Assembly (NCBI GenBank): GCA_963843575.1
Contig: CAWJKZ010000021.1
Coordinates: 1-64,000 of the forward strand
DNA length: 64,000 nt
Source: an uncultured Acidobacteriota bacterium
Lineage (GTDB): Bacteria; Acidobacteriota; UBA6911
Direction: 5' to 3'
This document shows, piece after piece, positions 13,937 to 24,004 of this stretch. The notes under the pieces are model-generated. The model did no database searches. It worked only from the letters and a program-made list of their open reading frames with translations, and had not been told where the DNA came from. The position numbers and the translations under genes are program-made. Every line of letters starts with the position of its first letter. The stretch's first letter is position 1.

Positions 13937-14974
13937 TCAGCATATCCTCGGAAGTTGCTCGCCGCTCAGCATGTCGACGATGCGGGTCGCCCCGATGCTG
14001 CTTTTCAGCGTCACGAGACCCTCGGGGCCGTCGGTGACGCGGCCCACGATCGCGGCCCCGCCTGCCTGCGGGTGAGCGCGCATCACGCCGAGGGCGCGTT
14101 GCGCGTCGGCAGGCGCCACGAAAGCCACGAACCTCCCTTCGTTGGCCACGTAAAGCGGGTCAAAGCCGAGCAGCTCGCAGGCTCCGCGCACGTCGTCGTG
14201 CAGCGCGATTCGCTCTTCCTCGATACGGATGTGGCTGCGGGAAGCCTCGGCTATCTCCACCAGGGCGCTGGCCAGCCCGCCGCGCGTGAGGTCGCGCAGA
14301 CAGTGAACGTCGATGCCGGCCTCGATGAGCGCCGTCACCACCCCGGCCAGCGGCGCGCAATCGCTCTGGATGGTCGTCTCGAACTCCAGGCCTTCCCGGG
14401 CGGCCATGATCGCGATCCCGTGCCGCCCGAGGTCGCCGCTCAGCAGGACCGCATCCCCACCGCGGACGGCGGAGGGGCCGATGGTCCTCTCCGTCAGCAG
14501 GGTCCCGATGCCGGCCGTGTTGACGAAGATGCCGTCGCCATGACCGCGATCGACCACCTTCGTGTCGCCGGTGACGAGCTGCACCCCGGCGGCGTCGGCC
14601 GCGCCGCGCATGGAGAGGGCCACGCGCCAGAGCGTCTCGATGGGCAGGCCCTCCTCGAGAATGAAGCCGGCGCTCAGATAGAGCGGTTTCGCCCCGCACA
14701 TCGCCAGGTCGTTCACGGTTCCGTTGACCGCGAGCGACCCGATGTCGCCTCCCGGGAAGAAGAGCGGGCGCACGACGTACGAGTCCGTCGTAAAAGCGAT
14801 GCGCGGCGAGGTCAGCTCGAGGACGGCGCCGTCGTGGCGCGCCTCGAGCGGCTTGCTGTCGAACAACGGGAGGAACATGCGCTCGATCAGCTGGTGGGTG
14901 AGTTTTCCGCCGCCGCCGTGGGCGAGGAGCACGTTGGGGTACTGCTCAATCGGGATGGGGCACTGGAAGGCCAT
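13937..14974 (-). CDS. hypE: Hydrogenase maturation carbamoyl dehydratase
   Basis: [26 protein letters not shown]-terminal PRIC. Confidence 0.96.
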   Translation of the reverse strand: MAFQCPIPIEQYPNVLLAHGGGGKLTHQLIERMFLPLFDSKPLEARHDGAVLELTSPRIAFTTDSYVVRPLFFPGGDIGSLAVNGTVNDLAMCGAKPLYLSAGFILEEGLPIETLWRVALSMRGAADAAGVQLVTGDTKVVDRGHGDGIFVNTAGIGTLLTERTIGPSAVRGGDAVLLSGDLGRHGIAIMAAREGLEFETTIQSDCAPLAGVVTALIEAGIDVHCLRDLTRGGLASALVEIAEASRSHIRIEEERIALHDDVRGACELLGFDPLYVANEGRFVAFVAPADAQRALGVMRAHPQAGGAAIVGRVTDGPEGLVTLKSSIGATRIVDMLSGEQLPRIC

Positions 14975-14977
14975 CGG

Positions 14978-16096
14978 TCAGCTCCGGGCTGGGGTCTCCT
15001 GCGTGTTCAACCGTATCCTGCGGTAGCGGTAATACGCGGCACAGGCTCCCTCGGACGACACCATGGTGGCGCCCAGCGGGTGCTCCGGCGTGCAGGCGGT
15101 GCCGAAGGCCGGGCACTCCTGCGGCTTCTTTACTCCCTGCAGAACCAGGCCGCTGATGCACTCCTTCGGTTCGTCCCACACGCGGTCCGCCACGCCAAAG
15201 CGGGTCTCGGCGTCAAACGCGCAGTATTCCGGCTGCAGCCCCAGGCCGCTCTGAGGTATCTCGCCCACGCCGCGCCACTTGCGGGCCACGACGCGGAAGA
15301 CGCGGCGAATCAGCTCCTGTGCCGGCCGGTTCCCCTCGCGCCGCACGGTGCGCGTGTACTGGTTTTCGACCTCGGCGCGCCCTTCCTCGAGCTGCTTCAC
15401 GCACAGGAAAATCCCCTGAAGTATGTCCACGGGCTCGAAACCTGTGACCACGATGGGGACCCTGTACTTCCGGGCGATCGGCTCGTATTCGTCGAATCCC
15501 ATGATCGCGCAGACGTGTCCCGCGGCCAGAAAGCCCTGGACGCGGTTCGACGGCGCGGACAGGATCGCCTCCATCGCCGGCGGGACGAGCACGTGGGACA
15601 CGAGGAGCGAGAAATTGCGCACCCCCTGCTGCGCGGCCTGGAACACTGCCATGGCGTTGGCCGGAGCCGTCGTTTCGAACCCGACCGCGAAGAAGACGAC
15701 CTGCCTCTGCGGGTTTTCCCCCGCGATCTTCAAAGCGTCGAGCGGCGAGTAGACGATGCGGACGTCTCCTCCGGCGGCCTTGACGCCCAGCAGGTCTCTG
15801 TGCGCTCCGGGAACGCGCAGCATGTCTCCGAACGAGCAGAAGATCACGTCCGGGCAGTGCCGCGATCTCGATCGCCTTCTCGATCAGCTCGAGCGGCGTG
15901 ACGCACACGGGGCAACCCGGACCGTGGACCAGTGTCAGTTCCGGCGGCAGCAGTTCGTCGATTCCGAAGCGGACGATGGCGTGGGTCTGGCCGCCGCAGA
16001 TTTCCATCAGGGTCCAGGGCCGAGTGGTCACGCGCCGGAGTGCGTGTGCAAGTCTCCTCGCCGCCCTGGGATCGCGATATTCGTCAAGAATCTCAT
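14978..16096 (-). CDS. hypD: Hydrogenase maturation protein HypD (frameshifts near 16088 and 15850)
   Basis: [39 protein letters not shown] spread over two frames. Confidence 0.92.
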
Positions 16097-16349
16097 CGGG
16101 CTGAGACTCCTCCAATTCGGCCAGGTCGTCCATCTGGCGCAGGTATTCGAAAACCTGCCGGGCCTCTGCCTCGTCCACGACGCTGATGGCGAAGCCAACA
16201 TGGACCAACACGTAGTCGCCGACACCCGCTTCCGGGACAAAGGCGAGGTTTATCGTCTTGCTCACACCGCCGAAGCTGACCTTGCCGCAACGCAGAATGG
16301 GATCCGTTCCTTCGATGCTGACAATCTTACCGGGCACCGCGAGGCACAT
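16093..16349 (-). CDS. hypC: Hydrogenase maturation chaperone HypC (stop codon not in frame as sequenced)
   Basis: MCLAVPGK...[13 protein letters not shown]; AGGAG RBS. Confidence 0.93.
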
Positions 16350-16353
16350 CGGT

Positions 16354-18673
16354 CTACTCCTTTTTCTCCAGACACCGCTCGTCGGCGGCGCAGTTTTCCT
16401 GCGCAACCCCTGCCGCGGCGGCGAACACCTGCCCGAGGGCGATGCCGCCGTCGTTGGGGGGGACACGCTGGTGCCAGTAGGGACGGAAACCCTCCTGGCG
16501 AAGACGCACGAGGGCGCGCTCGGTGAGCACCTTGTTCTGAAAACAGCCGCCGCTCAACACGACACGCTCCTCCCCTATCTCCGTGGCCACCTCCACGATC
16601 GTCTCCGCCATGGCCGCGTGGAATCGTGCCGCGACGTGTCCCGGGCGGGCGCCGCTCCCGACATCGGCGACGACGGCGAGCACCAGGGGTGCCCAGTCGA
16701 CCTCGAAACGCCTGCCGTCGCCACCCGGGCGTAGCCGGAACGGGTAGGGTTCGCGCGGCCCGGCGTCGTCCGCGGCGAACTCGAGCTCCATGGCGGCCTG
16801 GCCCTCGAAGGCGGCCACCTGCCGGATGCCGCTCAGGGAGGCGACGGCGTCGAAGAGACGTCCGGCGCTGGTAGTCGCCGGCGAGTTGAGGCCCTTCGCC
16901 ATCATGTCGGTCAGCAGCCGGCGCTCGGCCGGCGTGAATGCGGCGACGGAGGGGAGCGCGCCATGCTGCTGCAGGTCTGCGAACAGTTCGTGCAGGAGCC
17001 CAAGCGCTGCCCGTCGCGGTTCCCTCACCGCGCGGCTCGCCCCGGGAAGCCGGAATTCCCGAAGGGAGGCGACACGCTCGAAGCCGTGCTCGTCCGCCAA
17101 CAGGAACTCCCCGCCCCAGACCTTGCCGTCGAGCCCGTAGCCGGTGCCGTCCCAGGAGATCCCGAGGACGCGCCCAGTGAGGCTGTTGTCCGCCATGCAG
17201 GACAACACATGGGCGAAATGGTGCTGCACAGGGAATACGCGGATTCCGGAACCGAGTGCGAACTGCGTGGAGAGGTAGTCGGGATGCAGGTCGGTCGCCA
17301 TCAATTCGGGCGTGGCCCGGTACAGCGCGGTAAGGCTCAGGACGACCTCGCGAAACGCCCGCAGGGCCTGGTCGTTCTCCAGGTCCCCGATGTGCTGGCT
17401 GACGAAGGCGTTTCCCCCGGACGCCAGGGCGACGCTGTTCTTGAGGTGCCCGCCCACCCCAAGGATGGGGGGTGCGGCGGGGCCGAGGGGCAGCGGGAGT
17501 GGGGCATACCCGCGGGCGCGCCGCAGCACGAGTTCACGCCCGGCCAGGACGCGCGTCACCGAGTCGTCCACGTGCCGGACGATCGGGCGGTTGTGGACCA
17601 AGAAAACATCTGCGATACCGCGCAGGCGCGACAGCGCCTCGTGCTCATCGGTGCAGATCGGCTCGTCCGAAATGTTGCCGCTCGTCGCGACCACGGGGGC
17701 GTCCGAGTTCACGCATCAGCAGGTGGTGCAGCGGGGTGTAGGGGAGCATCACGCCAAGGTAGGGATTTCGTGGCGCCACTGCCGGGGCGATCTCCGAGTC
17801 GATGTCCGGAGCACGACGCAGCAGCACGATCGGGCACTCGGGCGAACGCAGCAGCCTCTCCTCGAGCGCGGAGACGCGGCACCAGCGGCGCAGCGCATGC
17901 ACCGACGGCGCCATCAGCGCGAGCGGCTTTTCGTCGCGGTGTTTGCGCGCGCGCAGGCGCAGGACGGCGGAATCGCTGCGGGCGTCGACCATGAGATGAA
18001 AGCCGCCCAGCCCCTTGACCGCCACGACGTCCCCGGCGGCGACCCGGCGGGCCGCTGCCGTCAGAGCCTCGTCCCCTTGCGCCTCCGCGCGGCCGTCCGC
18101 ATCCCACAGCTCGAACCGCGGGCCGCACTCCGGGCAGGCGTTCGGTTGAGCGTGGAACCGCCGGTCTTCCGGGTTTTCGTACTCGTCGCGGCACGCCGCA
18201 CACATGCGGAAGAGCTTCATCGAGGTGTTGGCGCGGTCATACGGGAGCGCCTCGATGATGCTGAAGCGCGGCCCGCAGTGGGTGCAGTTCGTGAAGGGGT
18301 AGCGGTGGCGACGGTTCCGCGGGTCGAACACCTCCGCGAGGCAGGCGGGGCACGTGGCGATATCGGGGAGCACGAGGGCCGTGGGGCTGCCGAGGCTCTC
18401 GCTCCGCCGTATCGCGAACTCGGCGAAACCCGCCGGATCGAGGAAAGAGCACTCGACGCTCTGGATGGACGAGCGGTCCGGTTTCTCCCGCTCGAGTCGC
18501 AGACGAAACTCGTCCAGCACGCCGGTTTCTCCCTCGGCTTCGATGAAGACGCCCTGGGGGGAATTGACAACCCAACCGCCGAGCCGCAGTTCGCGCGCGA
18601 GCCGGTAGACGAAAGGTCGAAAACCGACGCCCTGGACAGCCCCGCGAATGGTGATGCGTGCACGCTGGATCAC
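16354..18673 (-). CDS. hypF: Carbamoyltransferase HypF (frameshift near 17700)
   Basis: Acylphosphatase [11 protein letters not shown], two zinc fingers, [36 protein letters not shown]. Confidence 0.93.
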
Positions 18674-19326
18674 GGTGCCGGCGAAACCTTTCCCCGGAGC
18701 CAGTCGCACCACCGGGCTATGCCCGCGCCCGACGTGCAGGAAGTTTCGAACACCGTAAGCCCCGGGTTGATCTGCATGGCGTTGCGCCGCAGCGCGGAGA
18801 CGTCGCAGTTTACGTACGGCAGGAGGTCCGTCTTGTTGATGATCAGGACCGAGGCGTTGCGGAACATTGCCGGGTATTTCAGCGGCTTGTCGTCCCCCTC
18901 GGTCGTGCTCAGAACCACGACCTTGAGTGCTTCGCCCAGGTCGTAGTTGGCCGGGCAGACGAGGTTCCCGACATTCTCGATGATCAGGATGTCGAACTGT
19001 GAGAGGTCCATCCGCTGCAACGCTTCGTGCACGAGGCGCGCTTCGAGGTGGCAGGCGCCGTTGGTGACGATCTGGACGACCGGGACGCGATAGCGCGCCA
19101 CCCTCTGTGCGTCGAAATCGGTCTGCACGTCCCCTTCGATGACGGCGACGCGGGGAGTGCCGTTCAACTCCTCGAGGGTACGTTCCAGGATGCTTGTCTT
19201 GCCGGCCCCGGGGGAGCTGACGATGTTGAAGACGAACAGGCCGGCGCGCTCGAAAAGGGCACGGTTCTGCCCGGCGATTTCGTCGTTTTTCTCCAACACC
19301 TTGCGTTCGATCGTGATTACGCTCAT
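18670..19326 (-). CDS. hypB: Hydrogenase nickel-insertion GTPase
   Basis: SSPGAGKT, GACHL, ENVGNLVCPA, NKTD. Confidence 0.95.
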   Translation of the reverse strand: MSVITIERKVLEKNDEIAGQNRALFERAGLFVFNIVSSPGAGKTSILERTLEELNGTPRVAVIEGDVQTDFDAQRVARYRVPVVQIVTNGACHLEARLVHEALQRMDLSQFDILIIENVGNLVCPANYDLGEALKVVVLSTTEGDDKPLKYPAMFRNASVLIINKTDLLPYVNCDVSALRRNAMQINPGLTVFETSCTSGAGIARWCDWLRGKVSPAP

Positions 19327-19694
19327 GGCACCTCGGCGGGTTCGTCGGTCATCTCCACCTCCAGCACCTGGAGCTCCATTCCCGACGCCAGATTCACGTC
19401 GGCACTCCCGCAGGAAGGGCAGGCGAACGCCATGTCCTCGATCGGAAAGGAGGTCGAACAGGCCCGGCAAGCCGCCGTCGCCGCCACCTTCTCGATTTCG
19501 AGCCTCGTGGACTGCCACGGCGTGCCGCCGACGATCGCGGTGAAACAGAAGTCGAGCGAGTCCGGCACAACCCCGGAGAGGCTGCCGACCCGCACCCGGA
19601 CACTTCTCACGTCCGGCACACTGGCCGACGGGACGTGCTGCTCGACGATGTTCAGGATCTCCTGGGCTAGTGCCAGCTCGTGCATATCGGTCAT
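19323..19694 (-). CDS. hypA: Hydrogenase nickel metallochaperone
   Basis: MHELALA, CRAC...CPSC, GMEL. Confidence 0.94.
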   Translation of the reverse strand: MTDMHELALAQEILNIVEQHVPSASVPDVRSVRVRVGSLSGVVPDSLDFCFTAIVGGTPWQSTRLEIEKVAATAACRACSTSFPIEDMAFACPSCGSADVNLASGMELQVLEVEMTDEPAEVP

Positions 19695-19744
19695 CCCCGG
19701 CTACCGAGCAAGGATACCACGCCGCGGGCCCCGGGATATGGCCG

Positions 19745-19814
19745 GCACTCTGGAGTGCGGCGCCGAGACGCCTTGACGAAAGCGGCGTCGAGCCTGTCGA
19801 GCCGTCGCACCCCA
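19745..19814. repeat. REP-like GC-rich palindromic unit
   Basis: TGGAGTGCGGCGCCGAGACGCC...AAAGCGGCGTCGAG...GTCGCACCCCA, similar to the units at 13476 and 39122. Confidence 0.5.
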
Positions 19815-19823
19815 CAATCTGTC

Positions 19824-20603
19824 TCACTTGCGTTTCTGGGCCAGGAGCCAGGGCATGAAGTCCGGTTCACCGTAGGCGCGGTCCCAGGAGTTGTGCCCCA
19901 CCCCTTCGTACTCGGTGTACTTCGGGCTGGCGCCCGCGGCCTGCAGGGCGCGGCTCATCCCGCGCGATTCGGTCACGGGAACGGTCTTGTCGTCCGCACC
20001 GTGGAAGATCCAGACCGGGGTCATCCCGATCTTGGCGGCGGCGGGAGTATAAGGGTCTCCGGCATCCGGTGCGGGCGGGGATGCGCGGCGCGGTTCGCGC
20101 ACACCGCCGCAGACCGGGGCGAGCGCCGCGAAACGCCCGGGATACTTTGCGCCGAACGCCCAGGTGCCGTACCCCCCCATGGAGAGCCCGGTCAGATAGG
20201 TGCGCTCCGGGTCGCCTTTGAATTCCTTCGTGGTCTGCTCGAGTGCCTTGAGAGCCTGGGCTTCCATGGTGGGCTCGGTCCACCACACATTCCTGCGGCA
20301 CTGCGGCATCACGATCAAGGCGGGGAAACGGTCGCGGTGGAGGCGGACCGCCGCACCGATGCCGACCTGCGTCTGCAGCAGGCCGTCTTCCCCGCGTTCG
20401 CCTGCGCCGTGGAGGAACAGGATGACGGGCCACTTGCGATTCCCCGTCCATTCCGGCGGGACGTAAACCTGGTACCGGTACTTCACGCCACCCACCTCGG
20501 CGGTGCGGTTGAGAAAACCTGTATCTTTCGGACGCGCCTCGGTGCTCATAACCGCCAGTGCGCTCCAAAGTGCCACGACTGTGAATCCCGCTGTGCGTTG
20601 CAT
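19824..20603 (-). CDS. Secreted alpha/beta-hydrolase (phospholipase/carboxylesterase, predicted peptidase)
   Basis: FLHGAGERG, GLSMGG nucleophile elbow, FHGADD, GHNSW; signal peptide. Confidence 0.85.
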   Translation of the reverse strand: MQRTAGFTVVALWSALAVMSTEARPKDTGFLNRTAEVGGVKYRYQVYVPPEWTGNRKWPVILFLHGAGERGEDGLLQTQVGIGAAVRLHRDRFPALIVMPQCRRNVWWTEPTMEAQALKALEQTTKEFKGDPERTYLTGLSMGGYGTWAFGAKYPGRFAALAPVCGGVREPRRASPPAPDAGDPYTPAAAKIGMTPVWIFHGADDKTVPVTESRGMSRALQAAGASPKYTEYEGVGHNSWDRAYGEPDFMPWLLAQKRK

Positions 20604-20634
20604 AGCCCTGCTCCTGCCGAAGCTCCCCGGGGCA

Positions 20635-21072
20635 TCACACGCGCTTCCCATGGGAGAGGCCGAAATACTTCTTGTGCCTGTCGGGCAGCCGGGCGGGGCG
20701 GTACTGGGCGTCGGTCACGACGTGTACGGATTCTCCCGTCGCGAGCAGCAGCGCGGTGGACTCGTTGATGATGTCGTACTTGAAGCGGATCACTTTTTCG
20801 CTCGCCGCCGCAACGGCAGTCCGGATCAGGATCCTGTCGTCGTATCGTGCCGGTGCCTTGTACCTGCAGACGACCTCGGCGACCATCAGGTAGAGCTGAT
20901 CCTGCGTCTCCATGTCCCGGTAGCTGAACCCGCGCGCACGGCACCACGCTCCCCTGCCCACCTCCATCCAGACGAGATAGTTGGCATAGTACACGACCCC
21001 CATCGCGTCGGTTTCGGCGTAGCGGACGTCGACGACGGTGTCGACGTGACCGGATTCCCCTTTCGTGCGCAT
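20635..21072 (-). CDS. Acyl-CoA thioesterase (YbgC/FadM hot-dog family)
   Basis: VRYAETDAMGVVYYANYLVWMEVGR. Confidence 0.9.
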   Translation of the reverse strand: MRTKGESGHVDTVVDVRYAETDAMGVVYYANYLVWMEVGRGAWCRARGFSYRDMETQDQLYLMVAEVVCRYKAPARYDDRILIRTAVAAASEKVIRFKYDIINESTALLLATGESVHVVTDAQYRPARLPDRHKKYFGLSHGKRV

Positions 21073-21171
21073 CGCATGACTCTAACGGCAAAGGAGCGGC
21101 GTGCAAAACGAAAAACATGCTAGGATGCCGGCCGCGTGCAGCGTGGGGAGGCGTCGCGAGGGAACTGCGCA

Positions 21172-21675
21172 ATGATCGAAACGACCGTGACATACCTGGA
21201 AATGCTGGAGAGACCCGAGGCTGCCGCACTGGCGCCGCCGTCGGACGGGATCTCGATCACGCGCGCCGTTTGCCCGACCGTTTCATTCTATCGCTACCTG
21301 TACGGCACCGTGGGGGCACCGTGGCACTGGGTCGATCGCTGCAGGCTCGGCGACGACCAGCTCGCGGCGATCATCCAGGACCCCCGCGTCGAGACTTTCG
21401 TGCTCTATGTGCGCGGCGTTCCGGCGGGTTACATCGAGCTTGACTTCCGGCGGATGCCGGACGCGGAGATCGCGTATTTCGGGATCATGCCTGAGTTCAT
21501 CGGACGCGGCCTGGGGCCCTACCTTTTGCGTTTCGGGACCGATACGGCTTGGGATCGAGGCGCTCGCAGGATCTGGCTCCACACGTGCACGCTGGACCAC
21601 CCCCGGGCCGTGGACACCTACGTGCGCGCAGGATTCAAGATCTACGACAGGCGCAGCGAGAGCTCCGAAGGCTGA
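21172..21675 (+). CDS. GNAT family N-acetyltransferase
   Basis: YFGIMPEFIGRGLG acetyl-CoA motif, WLHTCTLDHPRA. Confidence 0.88.
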   Translation: MIETTVTYLEMLERPEAAALAPPSDGISITRAVCPTVSFYRYLYGTVGAPWHWVDRCRLGDDQLAAIIQDPRVETFVLYVRGVPAGYIELDFRRMPDAEIAYFGIMPEFIGRGLGPYLLRFGTDTAWDRGARRIWLHTCTLDHPRAVDTYVRAGFKIYDRRSESSEG

Positions 21676-21936
21676 GCCCTTCCGGCGCCGGCTCGCGGGA
21701 ACCATACCTCGCCCGCTCTCCGCTGAGATTCCACTTCCAGCCGTATCGCGCCGCCTCGTTCGGGTGGCAGGGCGCCCCATCGGCTGCCCCGCCTCCGGCG
21801 ACCCTCCCGGTCGAACGATTATCTGAAAAAAAAAGGTTCGGATCGAAACATTAGGGGCAGCCCGGCATTGCCCAGTCGGCTGGATCGGTTTGCCGCCGGT
21901 TCTTCCAGGCGATGCCGAACAAGGAGGAGGTAGGCG

Positions 21937-22107
21937 ATGTCGAAGCTCAACCTGATCGAGTTGACCGAAGGCGAGGCGACCGCGATCGCCGGAGGCAGCA
22001 ACAATTTCTACTGCTGGGGGGGCGGGGTGATGACGGTCTTGGGGATTGCCTCCATGAACGCCATGGCTGCCACCGCCGGAGTCTGGTTCATTTACACCTA
22101 CTGCTGA
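21937..22107 (+). CDS. Double-glycine-leader bacteriocin/RiPP precursor A (56 aa)
   Basis: AAGGAGGAGG RBS; MSKLNLIELTEGEATAIAGG|SNNFYCWGGGVMTVLGIASMNAMAATAGVWFIYTYC* (translated by hand). Confidence 0.85.
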   Translation: MSKLNLIELTEGEATAIAGGSNNFYCWGGGVMTVLGIASMNAMAATAGVWFIYTYC

Positions 22108-22155
22108 CGTTCGAGCCCGACGGGCGAATGGAGTCAGCGGGAGGGGAGGAAGACC

Positions 22156-22329
22156 ATGGAGTTCCGAGAACTCGCATACGACGAAATGCTGGGTATTTGC
22201 GGAGGCGCCATGCCTTACAGTTGCGCGCTTCTGGGCGGTTTCACCGCCGTCGCGTTTCTGGCTGGCCAGTGGTGGGCGGTCGCCGGAGGGCTGTTGGCGG
22301 CCTACAACACCGGCTGTTTCTCGGCCTAG
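22156..22329 (+). CDS. Double-glycine-leader bacteriocin/RiPP precursor B (57 aa)
   Basis: GGGGAGGAAG RBS; MEFRELAYDEMLGICGG|AMPYSCALLGGFTAVAFLAGQWWAVAGGLLAAYNTGCFSA* (translated by hand). Confidence 0.85.
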   Translation: MEFRELAYDEMLGICGGAMPYSCALLGGFTAVAFLAGQWWAVAGGLLAAYNTGCFSA

Positions 22330-22341
22330 CAACCGGGGACA

Positions 22342-22400
22342 GCGGATTCGGCGGGGTCGGCGCCATGCGGACCGCCGGGGCCCCGGTCCCGCCGAACCGC
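22342..22400 (+). promoter_or_regulatory. GC-rich stem-loop between precursor genes and transporter genes
   Basis: GCGGATTCGGCGGG pairs with CCCGCCGAACCGC; no U-tract. Confidence 0.4.
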
Positions 22401-22444
22401 GGGCCGCGCCACGTGCTGCCTCCCGCGGCGATGGAGTTGCACCT

Positions 22445-24004
22445 ATGCTCTGGCTGCTGATCGTCATGCGGTATCGCTTGATCTGGGCGGACGCCCGCGC
22501 GCGCTCACGCGCGGGTCTCTGGGCACTGTATGTGGCCGGCGTTTTATTCTCAATGCTCTGCCTGCTGGCGGGATTTGCCGCCGCCTTCGCGGGAGTGCAT
22601 GCGGGTTTGGGCGCAGCGGTTGCGCGCCGGATCCTGGCTGCCATCCTGGCGAACTCGCTGGTCCTCGGCCTGGCCATGGGACGGGGTGTACACGCCGCCT
22701 TTTCCGATGCCGCGCTCCGGCGGTTCCCGTTCAGCCGCATCCGGCGCATGGCCATCCAGCTGGTGGCAGGACTGCTCGACCCGGTGTCGGTGTTCTCTGC
22801 CGCCGCACTCCTGGGGGTGGTGGCCGGTTTCCATGCGGGGCCTGCGACAACGGCTCTCGGGCTGGGCGCCGCGGCGCTGTTCCTGGTTTTCTGCCGGCTG
22901 GCCACGTCTCTGGCCCTGTCCGTCGTCGAAACGGTGCTGCGCTGCGGCGCCCGGGCGACGGCGCTTTACGGGGCGGTGCTGGCGCTGTTTGTCGGGACAG
23001 CCTTTCTGCTTCCGGTCGCGACGCGCGGGGGCGCCGGGTTACTGCGCGGCCTGGACGCGGTCCTGGAGGCCACCCCTGCCGGCATCGCGGGATCGGTCAT
23101 CTCGGCCCACGCCGACACCGCAGGCGCCGGGGGATGTGCCGCCTTGCTGGGCTGGTGCGCGGCTGCAGGCGCGTTGCTGTTCGCCGTCGAGCGTCGCCGG
23201 GACCGGAGGCCCGCAGCAAGGGCGCGGCGGTCCCGGCTTGGACCGTGGTGCGAGGGGCTGTCGGCCGCCTTCGGGTCCAGGCTCGCCCCGCTCGTGTCGA
23301 AGGCTCTTCTTTACCACCTGCGCTGCGACCGCGTCCGTTTCAACACGGCTGTTGCCGCACCGCTCATGGTCTTTCTGCCCGTGTGGATGGGGAGAAGCGG
23401 CAGTTCCGAGACGGTCTTCCTGATCCAGCTCGCGCTGTTTTTCGTCGCCCCGGCCCTGGCAACCAACGTGCTCATGATGAACCAGTTCGGCTGCGACGGC
23501 GCAGGCATCGAGCGATACCGCCTGCTGCCGGGGACACTGGGAGGGGCGCTGCGCGCCGGCAGCATCGCCTCGCTGCTCGTGGGCGGAGCCGTGCTGCCGC
23601 CGGGCATGCTGCTCTGGTCGCTGTTCCCGGGTCCCCAGGCGCATGCCGTCCACGCGCTCATGCTGGCGTTCAGCTTCCTCGCCGGCGCCTGTCTGTTCAA
23701 TGCGCTCGGCCTTTGGACGACACTGCTGGCGCCACGGCCGGTTCCATTTCAGGGAATCGCGGGGACGCAACTCTCGTGGCAGGCCAATGTCGCCCTGGCC
23801 GGCGGACTGATGACGGCTCTCGGAGCCGCCTTCGTCGCGGCGGAGCGCCCCGCGCGCACGCCGGGCTTTGCGCACGGTTGGTGTATCCCGGCGGCTGCGG
23901 CGATGTCCGGACTGACTTACCTGGTGTCCCTGTACTGGAGTTGCCGGCGGGCCGAGGGCCGCAGACAGGAGGTCACGTGTCGTATAAGAATGCAGGATCC
24001 GTAA
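22445..24004 (+). CDS. Multi-pass membrane protein, probable ABC-2-type permease (candidate immunity/export)
   Basis: About 12 hydrophobic segments; LRRFPF and NQFGCDGAG...LLP motifs typical of duplicated ABC exporter permeases; directly upstream of an ABC ATPase. Confidence 0.65.
   Translation: MLWLLIVMRYRLIWADARARSRAGLWALYVAGVLFSMLCLLAGFAAAFAGVHAGLGAAVARRILAAILANSLVLGLAMGRGVHAAFSDAALRRFPFSRIRRMAIQLVAGLLDPVSVFSAAALLGVVAGFHAGPATTALGLGAAALFLVFCRLATSLALSVVETVLRCGARATALYGAVLALFVGTAFLLPVATRGGAGLLRGLDAVLEATPAGIAGSVISAHADTAGAGGCAALLGWCAAAGALLFAVERRRDRRPAARARRSRLGPWCEGLSAAFGSRLAPLVSKALLYHLRCDRVRFNTAVAAPLMVFLPVWMGRSGSSETVFLIQLALFFVAPALATNVLMMNQFGCDGAGIERYRLLPGTLGGALRAGSIASLLVGGAVLPPGMLLWSLFPGPQAHAVHALMLAFSFLAGACLFNALGLWTTLLAPRPVPFQGIAGTQLSWQANVALAGGLMTALGAAFVAAERPARTPGFAHGWCIPAAAAMSGLTYLVSLYWSCRRAEGRRQEVTCRIRMQDP

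Noticed and set aside
21172-21675. GNAT as a tailoring enzyme of the peptide cluster
   Set aside because: Separated by about 260 bp containing a likely separate promoter region; belongs to a widespread stand-alone family; no evidence of linkage
21912-22460. 182-aa ORF in the supplied track spanning the precursor region
   Set aside because: Arg-rich shadow frame; the two short GG-leader ORFs in another frame have strong RBSs and meaningful sequence
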